Part shown: piece by piece, positions 1-10,175 of the stretch
Numbering within the stretch: the first letter of the stretch is position 1
Layout of the letters: each line of letters opens with the position of its first letter
IMG/VR virus record: IMGVR_UViG_3300032893_000016
Location: 1-64,000 of that record
Strand: one strand, 5' to 3'
Source of the DNA: a virus
Length of the DNA stretch: 64,000 nt
Notes under the pieces: model-generated
What the model was told of the DNA's origin: nothing
What the model saw: the letters and a program-made list of their open reading frames with translations, nothing else
The model's database searches: none
Translations under genes and position numbers: made by a program

Positions 1-1788
1 GCAACCACCCCAGTTCGGATTGCCGGTTTCCGAACACGTGGCCAGCCATGTCTCCAGACCGATCACGTTGGCAAGCTGGACGGGCACATCGAAGATCGCC
101 GGCGTCAGGGCATCGCCGGGCGCGACATTGAAATTCTGAATTAGACCTTGGCCCGTGTCGATGTTGAACTGCGGAACCTGCCCAAGAGTACCAGGGTATT
201 CTTCCGCCGTGCAACCAATCGAGCCGTCATCGTTCTCGACGAGGTCTAAAATCCGCACGCCCACATTGGTCAGACCGGGAAAGTTCGGATCGGTGGCCTC
301 AACGAGGTCCATTGGATCGAGAATGCAGAACCGCTCATCAAGCTGGAAAGAGTACATATTCAAGATGCTTTGATCTTGAAGCTGCAAGTGGGCGGAAACG
401 TTAGCTGCGTTTACATCACAGAAAAGGTGCAGGGACTGGGTCGATCCGCCGCGACGCCCGAACCGATCAATGAGTGCCGCGTCAGATACTTCCACAATCG
501 CCGTCGCGTACTGATTGGCCCGATCGAGGCACTCAATCTTGATATTGTTGATCTGGTCGCTTTTGCGGATACGAGTAATACTGACCGGATCATCACTTGA
601 CCCACCACCACTTGCCGCGCCCGCCGCACTACTTGCCGAACTGCCCACGGAGGCCGCGCTGCCCGTGTTGGCCATAAAGTCGTCGTCGGTCAGGCTGAAC
701 AGCGGGGTCGTGTTTGGCGTGTAAGTATACCCATTGGCGTTGAGCGCCACCGTGCCGCGCGGGATCATTTGCAACACGCCCGATGACCAGATCACCTCCG
801 AATAAGTGGCCTTAGCAATGTCGTCAATCAAAGAGGACATTTGCGTCTGGTTGACGTAGGCCGGGCTGATCCAAAGGCCGGAGGCCAAGCAGAAGCTTTG
901 GTACGTGGCCATCGTGCTGAGCCACACGTACCGAATGTTCACCGTCTGCCCGTTCTGTGCACTATTGAAGTGGTACGTGCCAGTAGTGCTGTCGAACGAG
1001 AACTGCATCGACTGCGGACCACCGGGTACGCATTTCAGCGTCTGGCCACCAATGACGCAGTTGATATTGTACAAAAAGGACGGGCCATGATTGACTACGG
1101 CCGTGTTGCCACTAATAACATGCGCTTCGTCGGCGCTATTGACCTGACCAACCATGCTGGCGGGGAAGCCAATTCCGTACTGCGCATTGGACAGCATGTC
1201 AGGCAGGACTTGGCTGGGGTCCGCATCGCCGCCCGCAAGGCAGCCGTTACCCCCATAGGTGCCGGGGGCGGTGTTGTACAGAAGCGCCATCACCTCCCAG
1301 TTCATGTTGGGCAGGTTGGCGCTGGACCCCAAGCCAAGGTTCTCAGCCGCCGCTTGCGCCCACCCGCTATAGGTCAGGGCATGGGAAGGGTAGGCCGTTG
1401 ACAGATAGGCCCAAGGGCTCTGCGCGATGGTTCCGTCGATGATGTCAAAGCCCGGCGTGCCGACGTTTTGGGTTTGGCTCGTCCATGACGAATTGACGCC
1501 GGCGATGGGGCCTTCACAAAGCGTACCAAGCACGCTGGCGGAATAGGTCACGGTGCTGCCACCGCCACCTTTGCCACCGCCGCCAACCACGCCACCCTTG
1601 CCGCCGCTTTTCTGCGGAGTCACGACTTTGTTGAAGTTCACGTAATCGGTGAGGTTCCAGCCGATGCGCGTCGCGCCGTACACAACCGCAACCGGGATAC
1701 CATAAGCGCTCGACTGGAGCTGGATACCGGTGTAGTTCGGGGTCTGTGCATTTGTGGGTGCAGAGTGGTTTCCGAAAAGGAACGCCAT
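1..1788 (-). CDS. Tail tip / host-specificity protein (J-like, GTA megatron-like); runs off the left edge
   Basis: Not in the ORF track. Read manually from ATG at 1788: MAFLFGNHSAPTNAQTPNYTGIQLQSSAYGIPVAVVYGATRIGWN..GGKGG..LCEGPI. Follows NlpC/P60, as in GTA-type tails. Confidence 0.85.
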   Translation of the reverse strand, partial: MAFLFGNHSAPTNAQTPNYTGIQLQSSAYGIPVAVVYGATRIGWNLTDYVNFNKVVTPQKSGGKGGVVGGGGKGGGGSTVTYSASVLGTLCEGPIAGVNSSWTSQTQNVGTPGFDIIDGTIAQSPWAYLSTAYPSHALTYSGWAQAAAENLGLGSSANLPNMNWEVMALLYNTAPGTYGGNGCLAGGDADPSQVLPDMLSNAQYGIGFPASMVGQVNSADEAHVISGNTAVVNHGPSFLYNINCVIGGQTLKCVPGGPQSMQFSFDSTTGTYHFNSAQNGQTVNIRYVWLSTMATYQSFCLASGLWISPAYVNQTQMSSLIDDIAKATYSEVIWSSGVLQMIPRGTVALNANGYTYTPNTTPLFSLTDDDFMANTGSAASVGSSASSAAGAASGGGSSDDPVSITRIRKSDQINNIKIECLDRANQYATAIVEVSDAALIDRFGRRGGSTQSLHLFCDVNAANVSAHLQLQDQSILNMYSFQLDERFCILDPMDLVEATDPNFPGLTNVGVRILDLVENDDGSIGCTAEEYPGTLGQVPQFNIDTGQGLIQNFNVAPGDALTPAIFDVPVQLANVIGLETWLATCSETGNPNWGGC

Positions 1789-1789
1789 T

Positions 1790-2290
1790 CTAAAGCTTCC
1801 AATCCTTGACAGTGAAAAAGCGACGCGGCCTGAGTTCCCCGCGCTTCGTCGTGACCTCGTAGATGCGCTTCAACGAAGACTTGCGCTCCGCATCGTCAGG
1901 CCCCACAGGACGCAAGGCCCATGCGTGAATGATGCGCGGCCAGTCTTCTACGATCGCTGCATGGGCAAAGCAATGCCCGAACTTGAACAGAACAATATCG
2001 GCAGGCTTGGGTGGTCCTTCAATCTCTGTACAGAAATGAAGGATGCCCGGAGTATCGTCCTTGCCATACAAATAGTACTCCGCATCCTGGTGCAGATGGA
2101 AGTCATGCCTGTAGAAAGGGATGGGCAGCCGGGGGATGATGCCCGCATATTCGTAGACACCGGCTACGAACGTCAGGCAATCGACACCACCTTGCAGCCC
2201 CTTCACGCGCGCATTGGAACGGTAAGGGGTGCCGATCCACTCGCGCGCTTCCTTGATGACGCTGGCGCGCGCTTCTTCTTCTGTGCGCAT
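1790..2290 (-). CDS. NlpC/P60 tail-associated cell wall peptidase
   Basis: EAREWIGTPY..GVDC..HAAI catalytic Cys/His motifs; position in the tail-tip module. Confidence 0.9.
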   Translation of the reverse strand: MRTEEEARASVIKEAREWIGTPYRSNARVKGLQGGVDCLTFVAGVYEYAGIIPRLPIPFYRHDFHLHQDAEYYLYGKDDTPGILHFCTEIEGPPKPADIVLFKFGHCFAHAAIVEDWPRIIHAWALRPVGPDDAERKSSLKRIYEVTTKRGELRPRRFFTVKDWKL

Positions 2291-2291
2291 C

Positions 2292-3188
2292 TTAGACCGC
2301 CGTGCTCGGCTGCGGCACGAACGGCATGCCCCGGAAATGTACTTGGTTGCTGAACTTGGGGCAACCATTCCCATCCGTGTAACTCTTGTTGCATCCGTAG
2401 GTCAACGTGACACCGTCGCCGGGGCTGGGAAGGCCCGTCACATAGCCGATCAGATTGATGGCACCTGTAGGGCCTCCCATCAGTGTCGTGTCTTTAATAC
2501 CGAACGACTGCCCGGCCAAGATGCCGGTAGTGAAGGTGATCTTGCCGAGATCAAAGACCCCATCGGGCAGGAAGCTTCCAATGCCGACCTGGATGGCGGA
2601 TAAGGTACTACCCGGCTCCACAAGACCCGACACCTGATAACTGCTCAGGTTGACTTGGCAAACGGAATCACCCAACTGATTGACGCAGGTGGTCTGAGCA
2701 ACGTTGCGCGGGAATTGCAGATTCAGCAATTCGGTAAAGGCGTTCACCGTCATGGTGATCAACGAACGGCCAGCCACCACTTCCGCGACGCGACCCACGA
2801 AGAACCGGATCACGCCGTACGAAGTGTCGCCGTAGGTTGGCATGAAGGCGCGTTCAAGGAGCACGGTCGCGCCATCGAAGAGGCCCTCACGCATCGCTTG
2901 CAGGAAGGGCGTACCACTGATCGTGGCGGAGCCGGGAATGATCTCCACCGTCAAATTGTCGACGCTAGTACCCACACCCCAATGACACTTGGCCTTGCTG
3001 CCAGTGCGGTCGAAGTAGGGGCCTGTCTGCCCGCCAGCGGAATAGACATTGCCGTTGGCGGAAATGTCCTGATCACCTGAGGTGTAGCACAGGACCAGCC
3101 CGCTCACAAGCTGAATGGTCCACAGATCGGCCGCGTAGAACTGACGGCTTGCAAGCAAGGTCAGCATCTCGGGAGACACGGGCTTCAT
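2292..3188 (-). CDS. Tail hub protein, DUF2163/BR0599 family
   Basis: GLFDGA, C..QLGD..C and C-terminal GCNK..C.KFSN..HFRGMPFVP motifs. Confidence 0.9.
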   Translation of the reverse strand: MKPVSPEMLTLLASRQFYAADLWTIQLVSGLVLCYTSGDQDISANGNVYSAGGQTGPYFDRTGSKAKCHWGVGTSVDNLTVEIIPGSATISGTPFLQAMREGLFDGATVLLERAFMPTYGDTSYGVIRFFVGRVAEVVAGRSLITMTVNAFTELLNLQFPRNVAQTTCVNQLGDSVCQVNLSSYQVSGLVEPGSTLSAIQVGIGSFLPDGVFDLGKITFTTGILAGQSFGIKDTTLMGGPTGAINLIGYVTGLPSPGDGVTLTYGCNKSYTDGNGCPKFSNQVHFRGMPFVPQPSTAV

Positions 3189-3454
3189 TGGGGTGCCTCC
3201 TGATACTTGCCATCCAGGTCCGTGAATCCGATGATGGCGGGTTTGGGTACATCAATTTTGCCGAACCCTTGCAGGATTGTGCCGGGCTCCGGGTGCTTGA
3301 AAGGGGTGGGGTCAAGATAACGGTGAAGCTTTTCGCCTAGCAGCGAACAGGCACTCTGCCTCGTCGGCGCTGCTACGCGGATGCTCAAGCATTCTCGATC
3401 TTCTTGCGTAAAGGTAAAGAGCCAGATTTTCATCTGCCCAATCTGTACTTCCAT
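3185..3454 (-). CDS. Small hypothetical protein inserted in the tail-tip module
   Basis: ATG with AAGGGG upstream; ATGA overlap with the next gene. Confidence 0.5.
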   Translation of the reverse strand: MEVQIGQMKIWLFTFTQEDRECLSIRVAAPTRQSACSLLGEKLHRYLDPTPFKHPEPGTILQGFGKIDVPKPAIIGFTDLDGKYQEAPQ

Positions 3455-3470
3455 TACGGAACCCCTTCCG

Positions 3471-4097
3471 TTACTTGATGCTGGTGAATGTGAGCGACTT
3501 ACACTCGTACACATAAGACAGGAACTTGTCAAACGAAATGCTGTCGTCATCGAACCGGCACGGGAAATAGTACGAGAAGTCGGCGGAAATGTTGACGCCG
3601 GCACCGGGCGGGCTACTGAAGGTAACCACACCGGGATTGGTCTGCCCCCAATGCGTCACGACATAACTACTTGTGGGGGAACCATTCAGATAGACGTTGA
3701 AGGTCTGCGACAGATTCGGTGCAAGAATAGGGCAAGAGCCGCCACCGAAGGACCGCTTCAGCTGGAAGCTAATCGTGCTGCCATCGCCTTGCGCAAAAAT
3801 CTGGCTGGTGACTTTGTTGTCATCCACATCCTGGTACTGAAAGCTATCCCAGCCGCCGAGCATGCTCTCGAAGAAGCCTTCGAGTTGCGAGTACTCAGTA
3901 AAGGTGATGCCGTTGAACGGACCCGCACCTTGACGCAAAAAAGCGAAAGGCAGCTTCCACTGATACCGCGGTGAGGACCAATCCGCGATGCGCACTTCCT
4001 TGCCCGATATGTTCGTCTGCGTCCGGGTCTTGTAGATCGGGGAGCGAGTAACCGGCCAACCAATGCCGGACAAGGTGGGGAATACCGAAGTGCTCAT
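3471..4097 (-). CDS. Distal tail protein, DUF2460 family
   Basis: SGKEVR..W, GDGSTISFQL and PCRFDDD motifs; directly after the tape measure gene. Confidence 0.9.
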   Translation of the reverse strand: MSTSVFPTLSGIGWPVTRSPIYKTRTQTNISGKEVRIADWSSPRYQWKLPFAFLRQGAGPFNGITFTEYSQLEGFFESMLGGWDSFQYQDVDDNKVTSQIFAQGDGSTISFQLKRSFGGGSCPILAPNLSQTFNVYLNGSPTSSYVVTHWGQTNPGVVTFSSPPGAGVNISADFSYYFPCRFDDDSISFDKFLSYVYECKSLTFTSIK

Positions 4098-6685
4098 CCT
4101 GACTTACCTGCTCCCATGAGGGCCGGGTGCATGTTGCGCCGCGCCTTGGCGAAGGCGCTGACCAGCGCTCCCTCATTGTTGCTGAGGACGCGCGCCACCG
4201 ATTGGCCATCCATTGCGTGGATGTGGACATTGTAGGTGTCGCCACCTCCGCCGCCTCCTCCTCCACCATTGTTCGCGATGATGTTCTGCACGCCGCTGGA
4301 AAGGTGCGCGGGGAGGATCATTTCGTCTTCATGGACCATGGCCAACGTATCGTGGGGCACCACCATACCGCCCGCTGCGGAAAGCAGCGAGGTCATCGCA
4401 GAAACCGTGCCGTAGGCGGACGCCGCAGCGGCGGGCGCAAGCTCCGGCCCGACAATTGGAATGGCGGCCGTTGATGCGAAGGCATTTGCCGCCGCAATTG
4501 CCGCCGCGGTCATGATCTGCGTGACCCCAGCCGCGGTTTCAGAGGTCTTGGTGACGATCAGCTTGGCAATCTGCTGTTTGATCCAATCGTCAACGATCTC
4601 CACGCCCATGTTGATGAAGGCATCGGTGATACTGGAAATCACGTTGATCATGGCTTGACGCCACGTCATGGTACCATTCAACATTCCACTCAAGGCGTTA
4701 CCAAAGCTGCGGGAGATCGCAGTGCCCAACTGCTGCCAGCGGTGAACCTCAAACTCAACCAACTGATCGTTTAGTTTGTCGATCCGCGCATTGGACTGCT
4801 GGGTGACCTGCTCCTTCTGTTGCTCCAGCTTTTTGTACTGCTCGCTTTCCTTATCCAGCCCAGCTTGGGCTGCGGTCAAGCGGTCAATGATCTGTTTACG
4901 AATAAAATTCGTAAACGCGGTCTCAAGCTGGGTCTTCTGCTCGATCGTGATCAGGTGCATCTGATAGTCACGATCGTAGGCGCGCAAACCTTCCTGGAGC
5001 TCGCGTTCTAGGTTGGTAACTTCGCGCTGGGTGTCACGCTCCGCATCCGCTTGGCGCTTCTGGTAATACTTATCCCACAGCGCCTGCTTCTGCGTCATGT
5101 ATTCCGCATCTAAGGAGCGGAGCTGTCCGGTGTACTCAGCCTGCTTATCCTTATCGCCGGCGTAAAGGGCTTGCAGCTTGACAAGAGCGGAGCGCTTGGC
5201 TTCGTACGCCTCTTGCGCGGTATCCAGCTCCTTCTGCAGGTGCGCGTTCAGACTTTCCGCGCCCATTGCGTAGGCGGTATTGTCGACCTCCTGCTCCAGC
5301 TTGATGCGGGCTTGCGCGACTTTCTCTTCCGCCTTGATCGCCTCTTCAGCCGCCTTCTGGCCTTCGTTCAGCGGATGAACGCCGGGCGCGTTCTGAAGCT
5401 TGAAATCCGGCAACGCGGCCGAGGGACTTTTGGGAGTAATGAAGCCGGGCAGATCTTCAGGGGTCTTGCCGAGATGGGCAAGTTCGCGCTGGGTGTCCAA
5501 CCAGATGTTCTTGATATTGGTGGCATGATCGCGCGCCGCTTGCTCCCAGCGCTCCATCATAGTTTCCCAGTCTTTGGTCGCCTGACCAAAGTGGCCGGTG
5601 GCTACATCGCCTAGGATATCCGCAACGCCAAGGAACGCGCCGCCCGCTTCCTTACCAAAGGTGATGGCCCACTCAAGAATGGTACGCAGGTCACCGATCA
5701 GCGAGATAATGATCGCGTCGGTGTAGTATAGAATGAACTGAAGTTCTTTCCACGTCTCTTTTACGGATGGGAGCTTTGCATCTTGAACGCCCAGCTCATC
5801 TCCAAGCTTCTTGAAGTCACCCAGCAAACGTTCGACAGCGTCAGAGGTCTGGTCGAACTCGGTCTGGATATCAAGCCACAGATCGTGAAGACCAAAGCCC
5901 TGTTCGTAAACTTTCTTGGACCATTCGTACAGGTCCTGAAATTTGTCGACGACGCCGAGGATGACAGGTGCCAGATCAAGGAACGCCTGAATAGTGACGC
6001 CGTGAATTTCCTGCCCGAGCTTGTACAAAGCTTCGTGGATAGAAGCCAAGGCCGTCGTGGCCTGATCGTCAAGGGCAACGCCGGCACTATCCGCCGCGTC
6101 GCTCAACTCTTTCAGACCCGCCGCACCCTTATCCAGGATCGGGATCATCTGCGCGCCAGCGCGGCCAAACATATCCATAGCCAATGCGGTCTTGTTAGGA
6201 CCATCGGCCATCATTTGGAATTTGTTGGCGATCTGCGGCAACAATTCGTTCAGGGGTAGGATCGCGCCCGTGATCGCATCTTTGTACGTAATATGCAGAG
6301 CAGCCATCGCCTGCTGAGCAGGAGAACCGGCTTTGCTCGTCTCCGAAAGGCTGCGACTCAAACGCTCCAACGCCAGCGCTGCGCTCTCGCCCGAAATGCC
6401 AACACTACCAGCAATGTACTGGAACTCGCCCACCTCCTTGGTGGTCATGCCCAGTATGGCGGCCATCTTCTCGGTCTCTAGACCGAGTTCGGCCATCTTC
6501 TCAGTGAACTCGACAATCTGTTCGACGGCGAACGCAGCGACGAAAGCTTCACCGACTTCCCCTAGCGTGCTTCTGACGGCACGCAGGGGGTCGGTCAAAC
6601 CTTCAATGGCGAACCGGACTTGGTTAAGGGCCGAGATCGCCTCTTCGTTCGCAACGCCAAATTGGACCTTGACGTCGTCACTCAT
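4094..6685 (-). CDS. Tail tape measure protein
   Basis: 863 aa, helical and Ala-rich; MFGRAG motif; C-terminal SAAGG..AMVHEDEMILP; gene order. Confidence 0.92.
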   Translation of the reverse strand: MSDDVKVQFGVANEEAISALNQVRFAIEGLTDPLRAVRSTLGEVGEAFVAAFAVEQIVEFTEKMAELGLETEKMAAILGMTTKEVGEFQYIAGSVGISGESAALALERLSRSLSETSKAGSPAQQAMAALHITYKDAITGAILPLNELLPQIANKFQMMADGPNKTALAMDMFGRAGAQMIPILDKGAAGLKELSDAADSAGVALDDQATTALASIHEALYKLGQEIHGVTIQAFLDLAPVILGVVDKFQDLYEWSKKVYEQGFGLHDLWLDIQTEFDQTSDAVERLLGDFKKLGDELGVQDAKLPSVKETWKELQFILYYTDAIIISLIGDLRTILEWAITFGKEAGGAFLGVADILGDVATGHFGQATKDWETMMERWEQAARDHATNIKNIWLDTQRELAHLGKTPEDLPGFITPKSPSAALPDFKLQNAPGVHPLNEGQKAAEEAIKAEEKVAQARIKLEQEVDNTAYAMGAESLNAHLQKELDTAQEAYEAKRSALVKLQALYAGDKDKQAEYTGQLRSLDAEYMTQKQALWDKYYQKRQADAERDTQREVTNLERELQEGLRAYDRDYQMHLITIEQKTQLETAFTNFIRKQIIDRLTAAQAGLDKESEQYKKLEQQKEQVTQQSNARIDKLNDQLVEFEVHRWQQLGTAISRSFGNALSGMLNGTMTWRQAMINVISSITDAFINMGVEIVDDWIKQQIAKLIVTKTSETAAGVTQIMTAAAIAAANAFASTAAIPIVGPELAPAAAASAYGTVSAMTSLLSAAGGMVVPHDTLAMVHEDEMILPAHLSSGVQNIIANNGGGGGGGGGDTYNVHIHAMDGQSVARVLSNNEGALVSAFAKARRNMHPALMGAGKSG

Positions 6686-6686
6686 C

Positions 6687-7025
6687 TCAGTTCATTCTGC
6701 TGTTAGCGGTGATAACCCCGCCATTGAATAGGCTGGCAAGGCTTCGGAGTTCTTCCGCCCGCGCTGCGCTGGTCGAAACGTTCGTCGCGCCCGGCTTGGC
6801 AAAAGGCTTGGTAGGCAGCTTCTTTGGACGAGGCTTGAACTTCATTCCGTGGGCTGCCGCGACGAAGGCCGATGTGACCATCGCAGGCGGCACATGCTCC
6901 CACTTTTCCATGAAGGCCATGAGCATCGGCATGGTCAGGGTTTCTTCCAACACATGCGGGGGCACACCAGTGTAGCTACAGACTGAGGCGATGATTACGT
7001 CCCAGTCTGGCGGTTCGCTTCCCCC
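6687..7025 (-). CDS. Tail assembly chaperone, -1 frameshift extension (GT part)
   Basis: The -1 frame is open from GGGGGAA (7025-7019): SEPPDWDVIIASVCSYTGVPPHVLEE... Confidence 0.75.
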   Translation of the reverse strand, partial: GGSEPPDWDVIIASVCSYTGVPPHVLEETLTMPMLMAFMEKWEHVPPAMVTSAFVAAAHGMKFKPRPKKLPTKPFAKPGATNVSTSAARAEELRSLASLFNGGVITANSRMN

Positions 7026-7408
7026 TCGGTGCCACTATTGGCTTCCTCCCCCGGCTTGGTCGGACCGCGGCTGGCCAAAGCCACCACCGGGATCATCTTC
7101 ATCATCTCCATCATCGGGAGATCGACATCATCGAAATCATCCCGCGTCAGGGTAGGATGCGCACGCTTCAAGCCCCAGTAGACAATATCGTACAGATCAT
7201 CCATCTGCGCCTCAGTAACGTCAAGGCTTCCGCTCTTGAGTTTCTCAGGCGACATGCCCGCAACCACTTTCATGGAACGCATAAGTGCGGGGATGACATG
7301 ACGATTTTGCTTCGGTGCGAGCAAGGGGATGGGCCACTTCTTGCCCGCCCACTCGATCGTTGGCGTCTTCCCGTCAAGGAAGTCCGCATTGGGTTCTGGA
7401 ATTGCCAT
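6995..7408 (-). CDS. Tail assembly chaperone (G)
   Basis: Lies between the tail tube and tape measure genes; slippery heptamer near its 3' end. Confidence 0.8.
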   Translation of the reverse strand: MAIPEPNADFLDGKTPTIEWAGKKWPIPLLAPKQNRHVIPALMRSMKVVAGMSPEKLKSGSLDVTEAQMDDLYDIVYWGLKRAHPTLTRDDFDDVDLPMMEMMKMIPVVALASRGPTKPGEEANSGTEGEANRQTGT

Positions 7409-7454
7409 AGTTCACCTCTTGGTTGAAAGAAAAACCCCTTCACACGACTACGTA

Positions 7455-8213
7455 CTATTCGGTCGTGGAAATAACGCCAATGTTGCCGTTCTGGTCCGCG
7501 AACGCTTGGAAGTCGAATTCCTGGATCGTGTAATCCGTGTTCTTGAACGGGAACGTCAGCTTGGAAGAACGACAGGCATTCAGCTGGAGATTGAAAGTAT
7601 TCAGCTGGCCTGCATTGTTGGTGTAGCTCTCCGCGATGAAGAGCTGGAACGCCGGGCCCGTGCCCATCGCGCTGTTCGACACCGTCGACTGCACGAGGTT
7701 GGTCACGGTGTAGGCATAGTACAGCGACATGGCGACGTTGTTGTCGCTGGCATTGAACGTATAGACGCCCGTGGCCTCATTCACCGAATACTGGCCAACC
7801 GACGGGGCGCTGGCCACGCGGGTAAGCTGGGAGCCACCAATGGCGTAGAACACGCCATAGTCTGCGACGAACGCCGCCGCATGCGACACGGTGATCGTGT
7901 TGCCGACGCCGGGCGTGCCTTGCTCACCCGTGACGAACTGGGTGCCGGCGTTGCGGGTAAGGGTGGCCGCAGCACCGAACAGCAGGTCACGCATGGTGCT
8001 GCCTTCGATACGCGCGAACTTCGCCTTGCCCGTAATCTTCAGGTTCGCGGGCGCGACGTCGAACGCAATCTTGTTCTGACCGATCAGCTCCTTCAGGGTC
8101 TGATCGAAGTCAATTTCCACATCCTGCAACACGCCGAGGAAGCTCGGGGTGGGGTTGCTGATGTCCGTGCGGCGACCGACAACGGTGCCGGAACCAAAAT
8201 TTACAGCCGTCAT
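7455..8213 (-). CDS. Major tail tube protein
   Basis: 252 aa, beta-rich; LQDVEIDF..KELIG..; position. Confidence 0.8.
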   Translation of the reverse strand: MTAVNFGSGTVVGRRTDISNPTPSFLGVLQDVEIDFDQTLKELIGQNKIAFDVAPANLKITGKAKFARIEGSTMRDLLFGAAATLTRNAGTQFVTGEQGTPGVGNTITVSHAAAFVADYGVFYAIGGSQLTRVASAPSVGQYSVNEATGVYTFNASDNNVAMSLYYAYTVTNLVQSTVSNSAMGTGPAFQLFIAESYTNNAGQLNTFNLQLNACRSSKLTFPFKNTDYTIQEFDFQAFADQNGNIGVISTTE

Positions 8214-8725
8214 TTGGGTACATACTCCTTCTGGAACAGGGAAAAGGTTGGGACAGTTACTGAGATCGGGATCATGGCGAGACCATCGCCGTCAAGGTCG
8301 CCCGGGTCCTTGATGATCGTGCCAGTGATCCACGCATGTTGGCACATGCCGCCAAGGTTTTGCATGCCTGTGATGGGATTGGGGGAAAGCGTGGCTGTGA
8401 CGATGTCGCACAGCTTATTGAGAAGGGATGCGGGAACGTCGGCGCTCTCCGCGTTGGTGTAGATCAGCAACCGCGGCTTCAGCGTTGTCAAGGACGGGCT
8501 GCCTCCGCTACCGCCGACGACATCCTCATCGGTCTCCTGTTGGAAGATGGCCGGGCGCTCGCTTTTGGGCACATCACCCCACAGCTTCAGCTTGCGGTCC
8601 TTCGTTTTCCACACGGGGCTGGAACTGACCCAATCGAAGAGGGCTTGGTACACGGCATCGCGCCCGGTCAGAAGGCCGGACAGCGGGTCGCCGGACGACA
8701 ACCCCGTGATAGGATTCTCAGGCAT
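8210..8725 (-). CDS. Tail terminator/completion protein
   Basis: Position, size, PAIFQ motif. Confidence 0.65.
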   Translation of the reverse strand: MPENPITGLSSGDPLSGLLTGRDAVYQALFDWVSSSPVWKTKDRKLKLWGDVPKSERPAIFQQETDEDVVGGSGGSPSLTTLKPRLLIYTNAESADVPASLLNKLCDIVTATLSPNPITGMQNLGGMCQHAWITGTIIKDPGDLDGDGLAMIPISVTVPTFSLFQKEYVPK

Positions 8726-9209
8726 TTTTGATCCCTTCGACGCCAGCCTCTTTGATGCCTTCTACGATCTCATCCTTCATTTCCTCCAGCGAGGAACGAA
8801 TGTACGATCGTTCGGGAATTTTGGAACCGGGATGATGTACAATTTTGGCGAAGCGCTGCTTTCCACCAGCGACGAAGGCCAGCACCTCTGCCTTGACGGG
8901 CTCGATAATATGCGGGCGGGTGGTGCCACCGAACTCATGGATCGCGGCATAGGGTACGCTTTTCAGCGAGCCCACAGCGATGATCAGGTTATTCTTGCTC
9001 TCCGAAATCCATTTGTGGTCGATGCTGGAGGCCAGTGCACCTGTACGCTTATGCAGCACCTGCCCGGAAAGCTTCTCGGTGACGATCTTCCGTTGCAGCT
9101 TCAACGCCAGCGCAAGGAGCTTGGCCTTCATGGCGCGGTACAGGCTATCCGGCATCCGGCCGATCTTGGCGATCAGCGCCTGATCACCTTGGAGGCTGAT
9201 GGAGAGCAT
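8718..9209 (-). CDS. Neck/tail completion protein (HK97 gp10-like / virion morphogenesis)
   Basis: RTGALASSI, VPYAAIHEFGG, IPERSYIR motifs. Confidence 0.8.
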   Translation of the reverse strand: MLSISLQGDQALIAKIGRMPDSLYRAMKAKLLALALKLQRKIVTEKLSGQVLHKRTGALASSIDHKWISESKNNLIIAVGSLKSVPYAAIHEFGGTTRPHIIEPVKAEVLAFVAGGKQRFAKIVHHPGSKIPERSYIRSSLEEMKDEIVEGIKEAGVEGIKNA

Positions 9210-10063
9210 TAGACCGGCAGTACATTCTTGAAGGGCTGCAAGGTGCTCGTGAACCACTTGGGCAAATCGTTCACGTCGTACGACATGACCTCCTGACCGC
9301 CCAATGACTTGGAGCGACTACCAATGCGGTCGCGGTACTTGAAGCGTTCGCCCACCAGCTCGCAAACCGCGTTCTCAATTGTGTACGGAATGAAGCCGCC
9401 CGTGATGACAACGTTCGCCCCAGCTTGGGCTGCGTTGAATACGTACTTAGATTGCTTGGGCTTGCCGGTCGAGTCGTCGGGGAACAGCGGGGCAGCCGGG
9501 GTATACTGCATAGCGCTGGGGTCGCCCGTGACAGGGGTCAGGGCCGTGCCATCGAGGGTTACGCCGGCGTCCACGGCAAACATGCCAGCCGGGAAATCCG
9601 GGCAAAGCTCATAGGGCGCAGACGTGGGCACCTGCATCGTCACGGAGGCTTGGTAGCCCGCGGTATAGGTAAGGCCGATATTGGCCATCCCACGTGGCAA
9701 GCCATAGCCGCTGACGAAGAGTTGCTGAGCCTTGGCGGGGCAATAGCCATCCCAAGGCTCAAGCGTCCAGCCCGTTCCCATGCCCGGAGGCTGGGTGTTG
9801 GCCGGAATGGACACGCCACTAGCCGTGAAGGACGTGATCTTGGTGACCGGGCGCTGTTTGAGCAGGATGCGGCAAGAGCCGGTCCCACTTAGAATATCAT
9901 TGTAGATCGCAGGCAGGATGGAGGAATACCCTAGCCAACTTAGGGTCACAGCCGACAAGCGGGTGATCTCCTGTTGCAGGATGGGGTTTGCCGCGTCTTT
10001 ATTGTCCTCGATGGCAAGCCATGTGCGGACACGCGACAGGGTCGTCAGGTCTTGCAGGGGCAA
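9209..10063 (-). CDS. Head-tail adaptor with an inserted domain
   Basis: DLTTLSRVRTWL N-terminus, YTAGY, IPYTIENAVCELV; TTG start preceded by GGAG. Confidence 0.75.
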   Translation of the reverse strand: MPLQDLTTLSRVRTWLAIEDNKDAANPILQQEITRLSAVTLSWLGYSSILPAIYNDILSGTGSCRILLKQRPVTKITSFTASGVSIPANTQPPGMGTGWTLEPWDGYCPAKAQQLFVSGYGLPRGMANIGLTYTAGYQASVTMQVPTSAPYELCPDFPAGMFAVDAGVTLDGTALTPVTGDPSAMQYTPAAPLFPDDSTGKPKQSKYVFNAAQAGANVVITGGFIPYTIENAVCELVGERFKYRDRIGSRSKSLGGQEVMSYDVNDLPKWFTSTLQPFKNVLPV

Positions 10064-10175
10064 GGTGGTCTCCGGGCGGAAAAGGGCATGGGGTGACGGA
10101 GAGGTGAATAACCGCCACCCCACTCGCCCTCACGCGATGCGAAGGGGTTCTCACCGCGTGACTATGATCCCTCTC

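Noticed and set aside
1-8213. Gene transfer agent
   Set aside because: The tail-tip genes are GTA-like, but the long tape measure and full replication module indicate a true phage
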